Below are positions 60,501 through 64,000 of a DNA stretch of 64,000 bases, in pieces. The stretch comes from Tubulanus polymorphus. Its lineage: Eukaryota > Animalia > Nemertea. The DNA is taken from positions 6,386,001 through 6,450,000 of the forward strand of contig NC_134031.1 in the NCBI RefSeq assembly GCF_964204645.1, written 5' to 3'. The position numbers and the translations under genes are program-made. The notes under the pieces are model-generated. The model made no database searches, had not been told where the DNA came from, and saw only the letters and a program-made list of their open reading frames with translations. Each line of letters opens with the position of its first letter. The stretch's first letter is position 1.

Positions 60501-63043
60501 GCGGTCGAAAATGGAACATGGAATGGACTTGGGTGCGTTCTAAATTGAAATGGGCCGAATCAACGTAGCGTGAACAAGGCTATAGACGAACGAGAATGAT
60601 AGCTTTGATTTCGAGTTTTCATTAGTTCGTTAATTGGCGCCGTCGACTTGACGGTTGTTACCGATGATGTAACCGATGTCGAGGTGCGAAGTAATGATTT
60701 TATAAATCATTAAAACCGCAATATTTGAGAGACAGAGTGGGGAGAGCGAGAGAATGGTTAACAGGTGCTGTGACACATCGGACATCGATAACACCATCGC
60801 CTCCGGCAAATACGACTATTACCAATACCACCGGATATATAGGGCCAATATCAAACACAGACATTTATACACTTCTACAGGGTCCTTAACTTCTGGGGCG
60901 GGTGCAGGAAAAACCCTGTTAGCCTAACCGTGGTTAGTGGCTCATCCGTGGTCAGGCTAACCAGCTTAAAATAAGAGGCCGCACGAAGAAATGATCAGCT
61001 AACAATGTTTTCCTGCGCCCATTAATGCCTAACGACAGTGTACAAACCACCGTTAGCACTAACAGGGTTTTCCCACACCTGCCCCTGATTGCCTAAATTT
61101 CGAATGAGTTTCAAAGGAGTTTCGGGCATTTTCGCTCAAAATATTGGAGTTTCAAGCACCCGAAAAAGCATTTTCCGTTTAGAAGGAGTTTTTGAAATCT
61201 TTCGAAGCTTAATTCGAGCTTAATTTTGTTGTAATCTTCTATTTTTCTTTGAAGCAATTTATTATCAGCATTGATAGAATATTAATATCCACTCCGGTAG
61301 GGACAGAAGATATTCTATACGGGGTGGGCTGATTTTCAAATGGGCGGATTTTAATTTAGATTATGGATTCGAATTTATTTTCAAACATGCATTCTACGTA
61401 TTAGAGATTATGTTGTGAATGTGTTGTGTAATTATGTTCTGTGATTGTTGTATGGCAGTGAAAACTTGGCTTCGGTGAGGGTTTCTTTAAAGCCTCGGCT
61501 TTTTACTGTTCCCTCCTCTCTATTTCTGTCATATATAATGTGAAATAAATCCACTTATATATCTATTTATTCATTTATTCACTTATATTGAAATATGTAC
61601 TCATGTATATATCAGTCTTATTACCGGTAATAATGATTTTACATTCTATGTAACTGAAAGTGTAAAGGAAAATCAAGATGACCATATGATATGATAATAA
61701 AGGACCATGGGGTCCAGTAGGATCAACTGAGTACATTTTACCTTTGAGCACAAAAATGGATTTGTTCTCGATTTGAAATAACGTATAAACAGCTAATAAA
61801 GATGAAACATGGTGCACTGTGTAGTGGAAGCATGTTCAACTTTGATGATATACATGGTACTGGGTTTCCCTATTACTGCTTGATAATGATGTCACTGGAA
61901 AAGCATTTCTAAAGAGCTTTCCAAGTGATACCATCCTGAAGGGCTTTCCCTGTGATGTCATCATCAAGAAACAAAGTCAAGCATCGATTAGTAGAATGGG
62001 GGAAAGATTCATTGAAATTTTGCACATTTTCTCCCAGCACTTCCAAATAGCTTAGAGCTGATGAAAGAAACTTGCCATATTCACTTCCACCACCTATCTC
62101 CCTCCTAATGAAAAAATATCAGCAGTGTATATTCCGTGGTTACAATTTGTGCCACCAAGAGCCAACAGAAAGTTACTCTCAGAGCCATTCTATAAGGATC
62201 AACACAGTTGATCTTAAAAATGAAAGGGCTGGCAGCGCCTCTATAACCTGCTGTGGAGAACACAAAGAACATCGGATAAGGGATTTTACCTCTCGGTATC
62301 TGATGACGTGCTACTTTGACGACTCGACGAACTATTGTTTCTCGCCAGTTTCTGTCGGTGTAATTTGTCGATGGAAAGCTGCATCAGTTCCTGAAATTAT
62401 CAATAATTAATGATTGTTTCGACTCGTTCGCGAAAATAAAAACCGACTCGATATCGAGATGGATTAGATTAAATAATGGTAACGCTGGTTGTACGTAATT
62501 AAACGCTGTTGATCTATATCTTCTCACTCCTAAGCAAAGCTCAGGTCGATTTACCACTCGACTAAATTATTGTCGTAAGAACAGCGTCACGTGAACGCCA
62601 ATTGTCGATTTGTTCGTCGCAACGACTCGATCATCGGCGAGTCAAAACGTCACGTGAGGCTGAACTCGTCGCTGATTCGCAACGACGATCTGAACGGGTC
62701 GTAGAAAATGGAACTCGTTCCATCCTGACGATCAGTCTGTGACCGATCCGGTGCGGTTGTAAGTAAACCCATGTCAATGGGGTTTCCGATTGAAAAATTG
62801 CGTACTCGCCTCCCACCTATCCGACGCGATGATCGGGTCGGTTAGTCGACCTGAGCTTAGCTTAATGTTGCGTAATACATTCAATTAACTACCTTGATGC
62901 CGTCTTGAACCGATTTGATGATCTCGTTCGCCGAGTCTTTGTTAATCGGTTCGCCGTCGGCTCGTAACATCACCTGATCGGCCCAGCGTATCAAATTAGC
63001 GAGGCTCTGATAGACTTGATTGTACGACGAAATCAACACCGTG
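45570..63043 (-). CDS. RAPGEF1: Rap guanine nucleotide exchange factor 1 (C3G), 15 exons, 5'-partial
   Basis: GT-AG exons with consistent phases: 63043-62893, 62390-62290, 55205-54930, 54228-52976, 52046-51865, 50809-50714, 50617-50499, 49390-49152, 48460-48286, 47768-47595, 47472-47388, 46792-46517, 46262-46165, 46069-45938, 45699-45570. Motifs VYQSLANLIRWADQVML, SLPDIPLTPRE, Crk-SH3 PPxLPxK sites, REM (YQEAFLTTYRTF) and CDC25 (SPNLTRFTEHFNKMSYW, NFNSYLAILSAL, PPCIPY, QDLTFVHIGNPD, VNFSKRWQ). Confidence 0.95.
47995..48235. repeat. Degenerate intronic tandem repeat (~60-bp units)
   Basis: Recurring TTGGAGCCAAAGG, CTTCCAA(A/G)TACCACATTT, TGATTGATAATGGCTTC, AAATCATGGTATTT. Confidence 0.6.
50055..50285 (+). 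mobile_element. SINE fragment (related to 63140-63450)
   Basis: GTGCCCTTAGGCAAGGCA..CTCCCCAGGAAG..GGCGCTATACAAAA followed by a (TAT)n tail. Confidence 0.55.
51497..51787. mobile_element. Mutator-like MITE, longest copy of the CATCCTCCC family
   Basis: ~75-bp TIRs; degenerate 9-bp TSD ATCACTGAA/ATCACCAAA. Confidence 0.8.
59864..60195. mobile_element. MITE with perfect 17-bp TIR CAATGGGATACCGGCAA
   Basis: Exact inverted ends; interior shared with 50835-51020 and 58627-58969. Confidence 0.75.
60896..61085. mobile_element. Harbinger-like MITE
   Basis: GGGGCGGGTGCAGGAAAAACCCTGTTAG / CTAACAGGGTTTTCCCACACCTGCCCC with CTG flanks. Confidence 0.7.
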
Positions 63044-63139
63044 CTGCAAGAGAGCAAGAAAAACAAGGAGATTACTCAATAGTCTTTAAAAAATGTTACG
63101 CCGCCTGACGTTTCAAGCGAGCGTATTACGCTAAGCAAT

Positions 63140-63450
63140 AGTAATAGTAATTTAATTTCTACAGTGCCCTTTTTACTGATACAATGTTCAACAGCGGTTT
63201 CCGTTTAATTGGTCTCATTACCCCCAGCCATTAACTCTATTCCATCCACAGTCATCTCTCCCTGGGGAGAAGTAACATCCGAGCAGCTTAGGAATCACCT
63301 ATCAGGCCGGGCACCAATCTATTCCTAAGCGAAGAGAGGCAATGAGGATGAGTGTATTGCCAGGGGGCGCTATGGTAATATACCACGTTCGAACCCACGA
63401 CCTGGCTTCCCGGAGTCGAACCCTCCATCCACTTATCCGCTCACTGAATG
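63140..63450 (-). mobile_element. tRNA-derived SINE
   Basis: On the minus strand: tRNA-like head with B box GGTTCGAAC, central CTCCCCAGGGAG, and an (ATTACT)n tail. Confidence 0.65.
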
Positions 63451-64000
63451 CTCGGTAGACCCCGCGGAATTTTTCTGCCGAATCTTAAATCTGTGATTAT
63501 GTACTGAATGGTAATAGTAATCTCATTTCTATAGCGAATTTTTCACTGTGATATGTTCAATGTTCAACGCGTTCCAATGCTTTCCATCAATTGATGGCGC
63601 GATGGGCACTCAAGTCTTCACGTTGAAATAAGTTCATTTCTTTTTTTCCCAATGAGATTTGAACTGAATTTCTAAATTGAATTTTTAAGCCGCCGAATCG
63701 ATACATTTTTACATTATCTACCAGAAAGACATTAAATCTAGTTTTCTTCTCAGCGATTGATAAAGTTTTCACTTTTAATTGATTTATCTAAGAAAAAGTT
63801 CATTCAGTTCTAACTGAAATGTAGAAGAAATTGAACATTGAACATGCCAAGTAACTACTAGGGAACGTGATGGATCCTCAACATTGCGTTTTGATGTAAA
63901 TTGCTATGCAGTTGTTCCGTTTCTAATCAGTAATTTCCCAGAAAATCAATCAGTTCATAAGATGTAACTATACATGACATAAGGAAAAAAAAATAGTTTA

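Overview
Eukaryotic DNA from an invertebrate animal; the gene content suggests a lophotrochozoan, but the species cannot be determined from the sequence. The window has four blocks. (1) 1-3434 is the right end of a Polinton/Maverick-type element: the C-terminal part of a protein-primed family B DNA polymerase, a convergent two-exon gene for a tandem PC4-like ssDNA-binding protein with a compact CRE/TATA/Inr promoter, decamer subterminal repeats and an ACTACT terminus. (2) ~4.7-38 kb is a cluster of intronless rhodopsin-class GPCRs (FMRFamide-receptor-like, candidate chemoreceptors) in five subfamilies: 8 intact ORFs plus at least 4 clear pseudogenes and smaller relics. It was built by two visible segmental duplications and is interrupted by LINE fragments, MITEs and a very AT-rich, virus-like two-gene insert with a terminal hairpin (25174-26401). 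(3) 39399-41388 is a two-exon Shaw/Kv3-type K+ channel with an intact TVGYGD filter, a degenerate S4 and no S6 PVP gate, so a candidate regulatory ('silent') subunit. (4) 45570-63043 (minus strand) holds 15 exons of RAPGEF1/C3G, which continues beyond the window end; its introns are rich in MITEs and SINEs. All family assignments come from motif recognition by eye; no database search was run.
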